From Fibrobacterota bacterium (lineage in GTDB: Bacteria; Fibrobacterota; Fibrobacteria; UBA11236), in contig JAYUVP010000117.1 in the NCBI GenBank assembly GCA_043753995.1, forward strand, positions 1 through 54,892: a stretch of DNA of 54,892 nucleotides, written 5' to 3'. Below, one piece after another: positions 1-8,697 of this stretch; the first letter of the stretch is position 1, and each line of letters starts with the position of its first letter. The position numbers and the translations under genes were made by a program. Under the pieces are notes generated by a model, which was not told the origin of the DNA, ran no database searches, and was given only the letters and a program-made list of their open reading frames with translations.

Positions 1-2
1 AA

Positions 3-212
3 GAAAATCCTCCTTGGTGGCTTTGGATGCTTGGATATGCTGAAGCCACGAAAATGCGATCGCGAATGGTTTTAATACCGTGGACCGACTCCATGGATAG
101 CAGGCGCCTTGAAGAATTGCTAGGGACCTACCCCATTTTAGATTACAATGGCGAGCGATCCTTATTGCTTTACAATACCCTAGGTCATGGTATGCCGGTT
201 TACATGGTTTAA
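3..212 (+). CDS. 3' end of a hypothetical protein, truncated by the window edge
   Basis: Frame is open from position 3 (ENPPWWLWMLGY...) to TAA at 210-212; no recognisable motif. Confidence 0.5.
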   Translation, partial: ENPPWWLWMLGYAEATKMRSRMVLIPWTDSMDSRRLEELLGTYPILDYNGERSLLLYNTLGHGMPVYMV

Positions 213-218
213 GGTAAA

Positions 219-364
219 GCCGGTAACAAAACTCAATTATGGCTGGGGGCGGCTCCGCCTCCCCCAGCCTCGGCCCGCCATCACGGGCGCGCGGACTCTC
301 TTTTCGCACATGGCGTGCTTGGCACGGTCGGCCTCGGCTTCCCCTCCGGTCACCGGTTACGGGC
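219..364 (+). repeat. palindromic intergenic element, attC-like or REP-like
   Basis: GCCGGTAAC (219-227) and GTTACGGGC (356-364) are 8/9 complementary; internal hairpin GGCTGGGGG/CCCCCAGCC (241-269). Confidence 0.4.
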
Positions 365-410
365 TTTGCGCATTCGCTTTATTAAGCTTCATGATAAAGG
401 CGAATCACAC

Positions 411-1286
411 ATGAAATATGAATTCAAAATCGTGGATGTTTTTACAAACCAACCTATGCTTGGCAATCCCCTGGCGGTATTTCCGGACGCGAGAGGCTTG
501 AACGACGAAGTAATGCAGAAAATTGCGAGGGAGCTGAATCTTTCGGAGACGACCTTTGTCTTCCCCTCCACACGAAAGGACTGCGTCTGCAAAATCAAAA
601 TATTCACGCCCGCCACGGAATTGCCTTTTGCGGGTCATCCAACCCTTGGCACCTGTTCGGTGCTTTTAAACAAGGGTCTTCTGCCCAATGCTTCTGATTC
701 CTTTGCCGTTGAGGAGAATATCGGAGCGGTAGAAATACGAGTCGAACGCGGCGCGACCCAAAAGATTTGGCTCACAACACCTGAAATCAAAGCTGGGCCA
801 TCCTTTGACGGGAAAAAATGCGCTCAGGCTCTCGGGATTCATCAAGACCAACTTTTGGAGATCGCTCCGCAAATTCTAAACGCTGGGAATCCAACTTTAT
901 TTATCGCATTAACGAATCGCGAAGCCGTGGATAGCGTTCGTTTGGATTCCGTCGGGGCTTCTCAGATAAAAGACGGATACAATAAACCCATTTGTTTTAT
1001 GGTGTTTGCCCTCACGCAAGAAGGCGTTTATTCCAGAATGTTTGTACCCGATTATGGAATTGTTGAGGATCCGGCCACCGGAAGCGCTGCCGGTCCCCTC
1101 GCCCAATATTTAATACAGAATGGTTTGCTCAAGAAAAGCATGGGTTACAGATTCATCCATGAGCAAGGCGTCAAAATGGGCCGCAGAAGCCTTATTCACG
1201 TTTTAATCTCGGGAAGCGAAGACAAGCCCCTTTTTGAAGTAGGCGGTGAAGTGGCCGAATTCGCGGAATGCTCCTTGAATCTTTGA
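411..1286 (+). CDS. PhzF family isomerase/epimerase
   Basis: VDVFT..GNPLAV, NLSETTF, ELPFAGHPTLG, EDPATGSA and EQG..MGRRS motifs; start moved to ATG 411 behind an AAGG SD. Confidence 0.93.
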   Translation: MKYEFKIVDVFTNQPMLGNPLAVFPDARGLNDEVMQKIARELNLSETTFVFPSTRKDCVCKIKIFTPATELPFAGHPTLGTCSVLLNKGLLPNASDSFAVEENIGAVEIRVERGATQKIWLTTPEIKAGPSFDGKKCAQALGIHQDQLLEIAPQILNAGNPTLFIALTNREAVDSVRLDSVGASQIKDGYNKPICFMVFALTQEGVYSRMFVPDYGIVEDPATGSAAGPLAQYLIQNGLLKKSMGYRFIHEQGVKMGRRSLIHVLISGSEDKPLFEVGGEVAEFAECSLNL

Positions 1287-1349
1287 AAGCCTCGTCCCTG
1301 GGACCGCTCACCTATATTTAGAGCTACGCGTCTAATCGGAACCTTAACC

Positions 1350-2300
1350 ATGCCCACCCAAGCCATGCCGCACGAAAACAATCCCCCCTTCTCGATATTC
1401 TGGGAAGTGCGCTTTATGCTTTATCTCGGCGTACTTTTGCTGACTTCGGGTTTGGGCATTCTGATTTATAAAAACATCGACAGTATTGGCCATCAAGCCA
1501 TTCTTGCCATCATCGCCTTAACCATGGGCGGGTGTCTGACCTATAGCGCGAAAAAGTCGGCGCCCTTTACCTGGGATGAAGCGGTTTCGTCCTCTTCTTT
1601 AGCGGATTATGCCCTGCTTTTGGGGGCCTTACTATTCGGTGTTTTCATTGGCTATTTGCAATTTCAATACGCGCTTTTTGGAAGCCAGCATGTCCTCTTA
1701 TTCGGCGGTCCGGCCTTGGTCTATTTCTATCTGGCCTATCGATACGACCATCGCGGGGTTTTGCAATTGGGTATTTCCGGCATCAGTGCCGCGGCAGGCT
1801 TGGCCGTGACCCCCATGGACATGCTTCGTAATGGGGTCGATTTGGGGCATCGCTCGATTTGGGTCGGGCTCATTCTCGGTTCGTTTTTTTATGCCGTCGC
1901 CTTTGTCTCGGAAAAGCAGAAATGGAAAAGTCATTTTGCCTTCAGCTATTACCATTTCGCCCTCCATTTTTGCTTGCTGGCCGCACTCAATGGCATGTTT
2001 CTCGGCGGATTTCGAAATAAGACCTTTTTCCTTATTTTGCTTTTACCGCTTGCCATGGCCTTCGGAGCTTTAGCGCGTTCCAGGCAAAGCCCCTATTTCC
2101 TTTTATGCGCCGTCGTCTATGCTTATGTGGGCGTGACCACTTGGTTGATCGGTACTCTTATTTCGACATCGACTATGGGGGAGGGAGCGATTTATTTCCT
2201 TTTCCTGTACTTCATTTCCTCTTGTGCGGGAACGGTTTTGTTTTTCTTGAACATGAAAAAAATCTTGGGAATGCGAAATGCTGGCTTATCACAAAACTGA
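1350..2300 (+). CDS. DUF2157-type multi-pass membrane protein
   Basis: About 9-10 hydrophobic segments; FSIFWEVRFMLYLGVLL..GLGILIY.NID.IGH start typical of this family. Confidence 0.7.
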   Translation: MPTQAMPHENNPPFSIFWEVRFMLYLGVLLLTSGLGILIYKNIDSIGHQAILAIIALTMGGCLTYSAKKSAPFTWDEAVSSSSLADYALLLGALLFGVFIGYLQFQYALFGSQHVLLFGGPALVYFYLAYRYDHRGVLQLGISGISAAAGLAVTPMDMLRNGVDLGHRSIWVGLILGSFFYAVAFVSEKQKWKSHFAFSYYHFALHFCLLAALNGMFLGGFRNKTFFLILLLPLAMAFGALARSRQSPYFLLCAVVYAYVGVTTWLIGTLISTSTMGEGAIYFLFLYFISSCAGTVLFFLNMKKILGMRNAGLSQN

Positions 2301-3429
2301 TTTCGACCAATTCCTGCTAAGCCGCGACCAGGGGTTCGATCAAGCTTCACCCTTTTATTCGCCCAATTTTTTCGCTCGCATCGGTTTATTTCTGTTTGGC
2401 AACCTGGGTGGTTGGTCTGTTTTCGGCTTATTCTCCCTGGTTTTCATGTCAGGGGGCCGCCATGGCCTGGGCTTTCTACTGACTCTATTTGCACTGGGCT
2501 TGGTCTTTTTACTCGAAGCCATGCTTCGTCGCGAGAAACCTTTTTTCCGCGCCGGATTGGAAGAGGCCGCTCTCTACGGCGCCTTGGGATGTCTGATTTC
2601 TGCATTGTTCTGGTCTTTTGGCTTGTATATACGGACCCCGATCGGCTTTTACCTATTCGTCGCGATTTTGTTTTCCTTGGCGGCCATTCGCTATGCCGAT
2701 AGCCTCTTGGCCGTCGTGGCCTATGGTTTGGGATTATATGTCGTATTTACTCTTGTCGCCCGAGGGGGGAATAGCGCCCGCTATCTATTGCCACCCTTGG
2801 TGATGGTGATTTCGGCTGGGATGATCTGGGCGTCGGGCAAGGCCCTGAGGCATTCGGGTTGGCGGTATTGGCATCATCTTGGAAAAGCCCTGCGTTGCGT
2901 GTCCATCGTGACCTGCTATGCGGGAGGCAATTATTTCGTGGTGCGCGAGCTGAGTCGGGTCATGTTCGGCCTCTCCCTGGGACCCGAGGAAGACATTCCT
3001 CTTGCCTTCGTATTTAATGCCTTCACCTTTGGCTTTCCAATTTTTTGCATAGCCTGGGGCCTGCGCCAGCACGATCGCATTTTCTTACAGGTGGGATTGG
3101 CCTTAGTTGGCTTCGCCGTTTTCACCTATAAGTATTACCATAGCACCCTTCCGCTCGAAGTCGGCATGGTCCTCGGCGGAGTGGTTTTATTGGGTCTCGC
3201 TGCGGTTGCCATAAAGGTGTTTCGAAATACGCGCTACGGAATCACCAGCCAGTCCCATGCGAGCTATCGCCCCAAAGGCGCGCAAAATTTGGAAGGCCTG
3301 GCGGCCTTGGCCAATGTTTCTGGACAGGAAGTTGCCCCACAGAATTCAGGCGGCGATGGGCTTTCCGGTGAAGGTCTTCAAGGTGGCGGCGGTAAATTCG
3401 GCGGCGGCGGGGCTTCGAGCGGCTTTTGA
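2278..3429 (+). CDS. multi-pass membrane protein with Gly-rich C-terminal tail (partner of upstream gene)
   Basis: Overlaps upstream stop; many TM segments; YAGGNYFVVRE; ends GGGGKFGGGGASSGF. Confidence 0.8.
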   Translation: MLAYHKTDFDQFLLSRDQGFDQASPFYSPNFFARIGLFLFGNLGGWSVFGLFSLVFMSGGRHGLGFLLTLFALGLVFLLEAMLRREKPFFRAGLEEAALYGALGCLISALFWSFGLYIRTPIGFYLFVAILFSLAAIRYADSLLAVVAYGLGLYVVFTLVARGGNSARYLLPPLVMVISAGMIWASGKALRHSGWRYWHHLGKALRCVSIVTCYAGGNYFVVRELSRVMFGLSLGPEEDIPLAFVFNAFTFGFPIFCIAWGLRQHDRIFLQVGLALVGFAVFTYKYYHSTLPLEVGMVLGGVVLLGLAAVAIKVFRNTRYGITSQSHASYRPKGAQNLEGLAALANVSGQEVAPQNSGGDGLSGEGLQGGGGKFGGGGASSGF

Positions 3430-3472
3430 TTCATGGCGATAACTTCGCGCCGCTTCCAGGTATATTGTTTTC

Positions 3473-3835
3473 ATGAAAATCCGAAAATACCCGCGCCTTT
3501 CTCCCTATGGCTTCATCACGAGGTCATTGAGCATCGCGGCTTTCCTTTTCACCGCATGCGCCCAATCTGCCGGTTGGTCGGGCGGGGACTCCTGCTCCCA
3601 GATCCGCAAAAACCGCGAAGAAATCGAGCTCATCGAAAACCAAATGGCCGCCTTGAGCGATAAAAACCAAGTTGGTGTGGACGAGGTCCGGGATAGGCAA
3701 ATCCAGGATCTGGAAGAAAAGAAAAGGGATTTGCAATTCTCCAGCGAATCCTTGAAATCCAAATGCACGGTCAACCCCAATTCGCCCCGCAATGAAAATC
3801 CCGATCAAAAATTCGAGCGGGAATTGAACCGGTGA
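3473..3835 (+). CDS. hypothetical exported coiled-coil protein, possible lipoprotein
   Basis: Signal-like N-terminus ending FTAC; charged heptad-like body; TATATT 6 nt upstream of ATG. Confidence 0.65.
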   Translation: MKIRKYPRLSPYGFITRSLSIAAFLFTACAQSAGWSGGDSCSQIRKNREEIELIENQMAALSDKNQVGVDEVRDRQIQDLEEKKRDLQFSSESLKSKCTVNPNSPRNENPDQKFERELNR

Positions 3836-3893
3836 CATCTAGGACGCCGGTTGAAATCACCTGCTTGCGACCCTCCTGTTTTTCGAAAACGGA

Positions 3894-6077
3894 TTAATCA
3901 GACCCTGAGGCCTTAGGCAAATCCAAGGGAATTTTCAGACGCAAGGCAAAATTGCGGCCCTTATCTTCGGCATAATAGCGAAAGCGATTAGTGTAATCGC
4001 GATAAACATCATTCAGAACATTCTCGGCTTCTAACTCGATTTGCACCGAAGCCTTTTCACCGAGAGGCCATTGAAAGCCCGCAGTCAAACCGACGAGAGA
4101 GTAGCCCGGGGGTGCCGGAGCATAGTCCAGGCTATCGGCGGGCGCATGAGTTTGCTTTAAAACTGTTTGCACATTCGCGCCGAGATGTAAATCGGTGAGG
4201 CCTTTCCACTGGGGCAAGGTCCATTCCACGCCATTCACGAAGCGATCGGCGGGCATGAGAATGAGATATCCCCCGGTCGCTTCATTGCGAGCGCGCAAAA
4301 GCGAGGCTTGGCCTATATAGTCCCAGTCTCCGCCCTGTCGCAAAAAGGTGAAGCGCAAGGCGGCATCCCCGCCCCACATGGACGCATCGGCTTGATGATA
4401 ACGAAAGGTGGGGAAGGCCCCGCGTATGGTCAAGGTCGGCGGAAATTCGGGCGACAAATAAATGAAGTCGCGAATATAAGTGCGATAAACCGTCAGCTCG
4501 CTACTCCAGCGATTGCGCTTGGCCTGCAAGGCTAGGGTGCCGTCATAGGCGCGCTCCGGCTGCAAATCAGGATCGCCGTATTCCACGGCTGCCGCGCCAT
4601 GGTGCAAGCCAGCGCTGAAAAGTTCATTGACCCCCGGAGGTCGAAAGGCGGTGGAAAAATGCAGCTTGCCGGTAGTTCCCTCGGTGAAACGCCAAATGCC
4701 TCCGAGCATGGCCGAAGTATTGTCGAATTCAAAAGCCGAGGTGACGATGACCCCTTTTTCGCGGGCATAGGTGCGCAAGAATTTGGTGTCATAACGCAAG
4801 CCACCTTCGAGGTCGAATTGCCGACCATGTTTCAATAAGGTGGCGAAGGCGCCGCCATTATAATTCAAGAAATTGGGAATGAAGGGACGGCCCGAATAAG
4901 TATTGATTTGACTCATGCCGGTCATGCCGAGGGCGGCATCGTATTCTTCTTGAGGATGAAAATCCCAAGTCAAATCGGCAGTGTGGGTCATGATTTCGAA
5001 TTCGAGCTCCGGCAAATTACGCGCCGCTAGGGCATCATTGAGCGGCCTATGATCGTATTCCGCCCGGACATTGTTTTGCAGGGCATAGGCGAAATTCACC
5101 TTGCCCTGCATGGGCGTAACCAAATAGGCATGCGCTTTGGCGAATTGATGGGTGACGTCCTGGTAGGGGCGTCCGATGTCATAGGAAAAATTGGAAATGC
5201 CCTCGGGGCGACCACGTTGCATGGCCGCTTCCAAGTCACTGACGCTGCCTATATGCGAACCCGAAAAAATGCCCAGCTTGGTTTGGAAGCGACTGTAAAA
5301 CAAATCAAAACCAAGACGGGGCTTTTGCCAACCCAGGGCGGCACTCTGGTTGATTTCTTCGATGCCGGTATTGTTGAGGCCATAATTCGGAGTCGAAGCG
5401 TCCCCGCCTTTTTTTAGCGTGCCCTGCAAACGCCACGCTCCGTTCGGAAACCAGGTCGGCGCGCCTTCCACCGTTGCCGAAGCATCGCCTTCGCGATTAT
5501 TGCTGAAGCCAGCGAGGTGGATTTCTCCGCCAATACCCGGTTCCGTGCGCAAGGGCCAAGGCTCCACCAAAACTACGCCCCCCAAGGCATCGGCTCCATA
5601 ACGCACGCTGGAAGCGCCTTGAATCACGGTCAGCTTGGAAGCCAAATAGGGATCGACTTCAGGCGCATGCTCCGAGCCCCATTGCTGTCCTTCTTGCCGC
5701 ACGCCATTATTGAGAATGACGATGCGATTGCCATTGAGGCCGCGTATGGCGGGCTTGGCCAGAGTGGATCCAGTATGCACGACGGTCACGCCGGGCATGG
5801 CTTGCATGGCATCGCCGAGGGACAATCCCCGCCTGCGATCCAAGGCCTTGCCCTGAAGCGAGGACTCGCTTTGCGAGGTCACTGGGGCGTGACGGCTATG
5901 CTGGGACATGACGGTTTGATCCGCCATGTCAAGCACGGGATCCACCGTCGCCGAGTCGGATAAGGAGTCGGTCGGTGCTGGATTGTCTACCAAACTTTCG
6001 GCCCATTTTTTGGGCGAGGTTTCGGCGGTGACGCGAAGCGGAGCGAGGGCGACTAGAGTCCACAGGAGCCATTTCAT
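3894..6077 (-). CDS. TonB-dependent receptor, metal-uptake type
   Basis: Signal peptide; plug motif SLGDAM..MPGV..KPAIRGL..NR..EGQQWGSEHAPEVDP; ELFSAGLHHG; C-terminal ENVLN..YRDY..GRNF barrel strands. Confidence 0.92.
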   Translation of the reverse strand: MKWLLWTLVALAPLRVTAETSPKKWAESLVDNPAPTDSLSDSATVDPVLDMADQTVMSQHSRHAPVTSQSESSLQGKALDRRRGLSLGDAMQAMPGVTVVHTGSTLAKPAIRGLNGNRIVILNNGVRQEGQQWGSEHAPEVDPYLASKLTVIQGASSVRYGADALGGVVLVEPWPLRTEPGIGGEIHLAGFSNNREGDASATVEGAPTWFPNGAWRLQGTLKKGGDASTPNYGLNNTGIEEINQSAALGWQKPRLGFDLFYSRFQTKLGIFSGSHIGSVSDLEAAMQRGRPEGISNFSYDIGRPYQDVTHQFAKAHAYLVTPMQGKVNFAYALQNNVRAEYDHRPLNDALAARNLPELEFEIMTHTADLTWDFHPQEEYDAALGMTGMSQINTYSGRPFIPNFLNYNGGAFATLLKHGRQFDLEGGLRYDTKFLRTYAREKGVIVTSAFEFDNTSAMLGGIWRFTEGTTGKLHFSTAFRPPGVNELFSAGLHHGAAAVEYGDPDLQPERAYDGTLALQAKRNRWSSELTVYRTYIRDFIYLSPEFPPTLTIRGAFPTFRYHQADASMWGGDAALRFTFLRQGGDWDYIGQASLLRARNEATGGYLILMPADRFVNGVEWTLPQWKGLTDLHLGANVQTVLKQTHAPADSLDYAPAPPGYSLVGLTAGFQWPLGEKASVQIELEAENVLNDVYRDYTNRFRYYAEDKGRNFALRLKIPLDLPKASGSD

Positions 6078-6090
6078 GCGGGCCAACTCT

Positions 6091-6672
6091 TTATTGAATC
6101 GTCACGTGAAAAGAAACTTCGACATCGGTTTCGCCCGTGGCGACCGTGCTTGTGTGGCTTTTCAAGCCGGGCTGATGCTTCAGGGTCACCTTGAGGGTGC
6201 CGGTCCCGGCGGAGCCTGCCGTCAATTCGGTTAAGAGGCCGATGGGATGATTCGTGGCGTCCTTGTCGGCATAAGCCACGGTCAGAGCGATGCCAGCGGG
6301 AAGGTAAAAGACCTGATGATCGATGCCTTCCTCTTTCACTTCTTCCGACATCACATCGGCGGGACTTGCGCTTTCATTGAGCAAAATCAATTCGGCGGAA
6401 TAGGATGCGCCCGCCTTAAGCTTCAGCGTGTCGTTTTTTTCCAGCGCATCGCCATGGCCAAAGCCGTCTTTGAATTTTAGGGTGGCCTCAGGGTTGTCGG
6501 TGGAGTCGGCATTGTTCTCAAGCACAAGTTTGACTGTGGTGAAAACTTCGCTTTCATTGCTCTCCGCCGGATTTGAAACATCAGTGCATCCACTGATAGG
6601 CGAGAGACCGAGCAAACAAAAAACGGCGAGCCATGGTAGGGTGGGGGCAAGGTGGGTACGGAATGGCGACAT
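6091..6672 (-). CDS. lipoprotein of the family usually found beside this TBDT type, probable metal-binding surface protein
   Basis: Lipobox ISGC; ESEVFTT, EEGIDHQVFY, LKHQPGLK and GETDVEVSF motifs; GAGGG SD before ATG 6672. Confidence 0.8.
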   Translation of the reverse strand: MSPFRTHLAPTLPWLAVFCLLGLSPISGCTDVSNPAESNESEVFTTVKLVLENNADSTDNPEATLKFKDGFGHGDALEKNDTLKLKAGASYSAELILLNESASPADVMSEEVKEEGIDHQVFYLPAGIALTVAYADKDATNHPIGLLTELTAGSAGTGTLKVTLKHQPGLKSHTSTVATGETDVEVSFHVTIQ

Positions 6673-6879
6673 GATATTTCCCTCGGGAAATGAATGGTTT
6701 GGGCCCATGTGGGCGTGTTTTTTCATGCGGCGACTGAAAGTGTTTTCAGTTTAGGGTCACACAGTGGGCGTATTCCCTGAATGCCGTAATGGGATAAAGG
6801 CGCATGGGAAAACCCATGGCTTCGCACCAAGGCCGGATTGCCAAAATGCGGCAATCGATACGACGAGAGGCGCTAGAGA

Positions 6880-7257
6880 CTAAACGGAAAAAGCGGGAGG
6901 GCCGCGCGGCGATACGGCGCCGGGAAGACGGGAAGGTGCGGCAGTAGAGTGGGGGAAAGCAAAAAAAGCAAAATCATGAAAAGCGAAATCGGTTGAGTAA
7001 GCAGGTGTCTGAGATTGAACTTGCGCCGCGGCATGCCATTGGCAAGGAGCGCAATCCCCATGGATTTCGCTGGCTGGTAATGGGCCTTGCCAAGCGATTC
7101 GGTTTCCCGAAGTCGCTTTCACATGGCCATGAAGAGTGGGAAGGCTGGCCCACAAGGTGAGCAAGGCATAGGCCCCAAGCAGGAACAAGGCCATACCCCG
7201 TCGACGGCCGCTTTGGAGCGAGGCGATGCGGAGGCTTATTCTAGGGGTGTTTCTCAT
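6880..7257 (-). CDS. DUF2946-like leader (putative ribosome-arrest) protein
   Basis: Basic N-terminus, TM segment with AYA, HGH, HGDCAPCQWH, RGPP four residues before stop; directly upstream of lipoprotein + TBDT. Confidence 0.8.
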   Translation of the reverse strand: MRNTPRISLRIASLQSGRRRGMALFLLGAYALLTLWASLPTLHGHVKATSGNRIAWQGPLPASEIHGDCAPCQWHAAAQVQSQTPAYSTDFAFHDFAFFAFPHSTAAPSRLPGAVSPRGPPAFSV

Positions 7258-7329
7258 GGGGCGGATGAACAATATCAGGATCTACTTATCTCCTCTCTTC
7301 CTGGCCAATCGCATGGAGCAAGGCTTGTC

Positions 7330-7700
7330 CTAGTCGTAAGCGGGTGAATTCTTAAGTCTTGATCTCTCGGCGACTTCTGAAAATCGGAAGTTCGGTGAGA
7401 CGAAGCTCGAATCGTTGAGGGTCCCCAAGAAAGCCAAAAGGGCTTGCCGCTCCGCCTTCGTCAGTCCCAGACCCTTCGCCCAGGAAAATGGGCATTGGGC
7501 CAAGGCTCGAACCACCAAGATCGAGTCAATAGGCCCCTCACCGAAAGCTTTGCGAAAGGCGAGGCGATAGCCCGGCTGGGCTTTCAGTCGGATCGCGGCT
7601 TCACTCCAGGGCGGGGCCATTTCTACGGGATTCGTGACGGGACAAAAATCCTGACCTTCGAGGCTGAGCCTTCCCCTTCTTGCCACGCTCTAATCTGAGC
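7330..7700 (-). pseudogene. internally deleted di-haem cytochrome c peroxidase (MauG/MbnH-like) remnant
   Basis: GR.SLEGQ..PVTNPVEM..Y..AF..AFG..I..V.RALAQ is fused straight to the C-terminal GL...E.QALLAFLGTL.D..F; no CxxCH remains. Confidence 0.7.
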
Positions 7701-7744
7701 CGGCCCGAGAGGATCTCTTTCCTAGGAATTCTTTGTCCATTTTC

Positions 7745-8662
7745 TCATTGGATTAAGCTTTCGTCATGGCTATAAAAATCAAAGTCCACCCAGCCATGAG
7801 CCGAACTGATGCCGGTGATATGCAGCAAGTAGATATTGTCTTCATCGCGAACCAAAATCCAAGCCCCGAGGTCGACAGGCACGGCGCTGCGGGAGAAGTC
7901 TTCATCCCACTCTGCTTGCAAGGCGGGTGTTGACGTCCATTGTCGATAAGCCATGCGGGTTTCTGCATTAAGGCGCCGCAATTGGCCCTTCCCGGTTCCC
8001 TCGTTGGGAAGTCCGGGCAAGGCAAGGGTGTCGCCGCGCAATGCCGAATGCAAGGTGTCGCGGCGAAAAACCAAATCAATCGCGGCGGGATTCCGCAAGC
8101 CTGCGGCCAAGTCAATGATTTCCCCACCTCGCAAATGGAGAAAAGGCTTTGCTTGCGAATCGTTTTGCGTGAGTCGTAACGATTGCAATCGTAAACCATG
8201 AAGTCGGGGCAGGGAATCGCGAGAAGCATAGACCCCGTCATAAACCGGATGCCAAATCATGTCGATGGCCGTGTCACCGCGAGTTGGCATGCGACCATTC
8301 GCACGGGCAGCATACACCCATTCCTGGCCGCGATAGGCGCGGGCTTGCAGGGAGTAAGGCGTACCCGGCGGCAAATCGCTCCAGGTCTTTTGCCAAGCCC
8401 GAGGCAAAGAATCCGTGAAGCGCTGAACTTCTCCGCTATCGCCCAGAGTGATTTCAATTTGCCTTAAGGGCATGGAGGGATTGGCGTCAGGAAAATAATC
8501 CAAGGCCACTTGCAGGCTACCCTGGGGGGCGGCCCCGGAGCGAGCGGGGCTTTCCGAGCTGCTGAAAAACGAACAGCCCATGGAATAAAAAGAAAGCGGG
8601 GCCATCCCCGCAAGCAGAAGGCGCGCGGCGAGCACAGTCACGCGAGCGAAGCGGAGCGTCAT
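7745..8662 (-). CDS. hypothetical lipoprotein
   Basis: Start moved to ATG 8662 (GGGGGAAAG upstream, avoids overlap with hldE); signal peptide ending SMGC. Confidence 0.7.
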   Translation of the reverse strand: MTLRFARVTVLAARLLLAGMAPLSFYSMGCSFFSSSESPARSGAAPQGSLQVALDYFPDANPSMPLRQIEITLGDSGEVQRFTDSLPRAWQKTWSDLPPGTPYSLQARAYRGQEWVYAARANGRMPTRGDTAIDMIWHPVYDGVYASRDSLPRLHGLRLQSLRLTQNDSQAKPFLHLRGGEIIDLAAGLRNPAAIDLVFRRDTLHSALRGDTLALPGLPNEGTGKGQLRRLNAETRMAYRQWTSTPALQAEWDEDFSRSAVPVDLGAWILVRDEDNIYLLHITGISSAHGWVDFDFYSHDESLIQ

Positions 8663-8697
8663 GGCTTTCCCCCCTTTCGGCCCGCGCTGGCGATAGC

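Noticed and set aside
315..410. Upstream extensions given by the ORF track (PhzF from 315; also starts 8812, 23082, 22962, 46042, 47979, 49376)
   Set aside because: They run into hairpins or neighbouring genes; downstream ATGs fit SD position and family N-termini better
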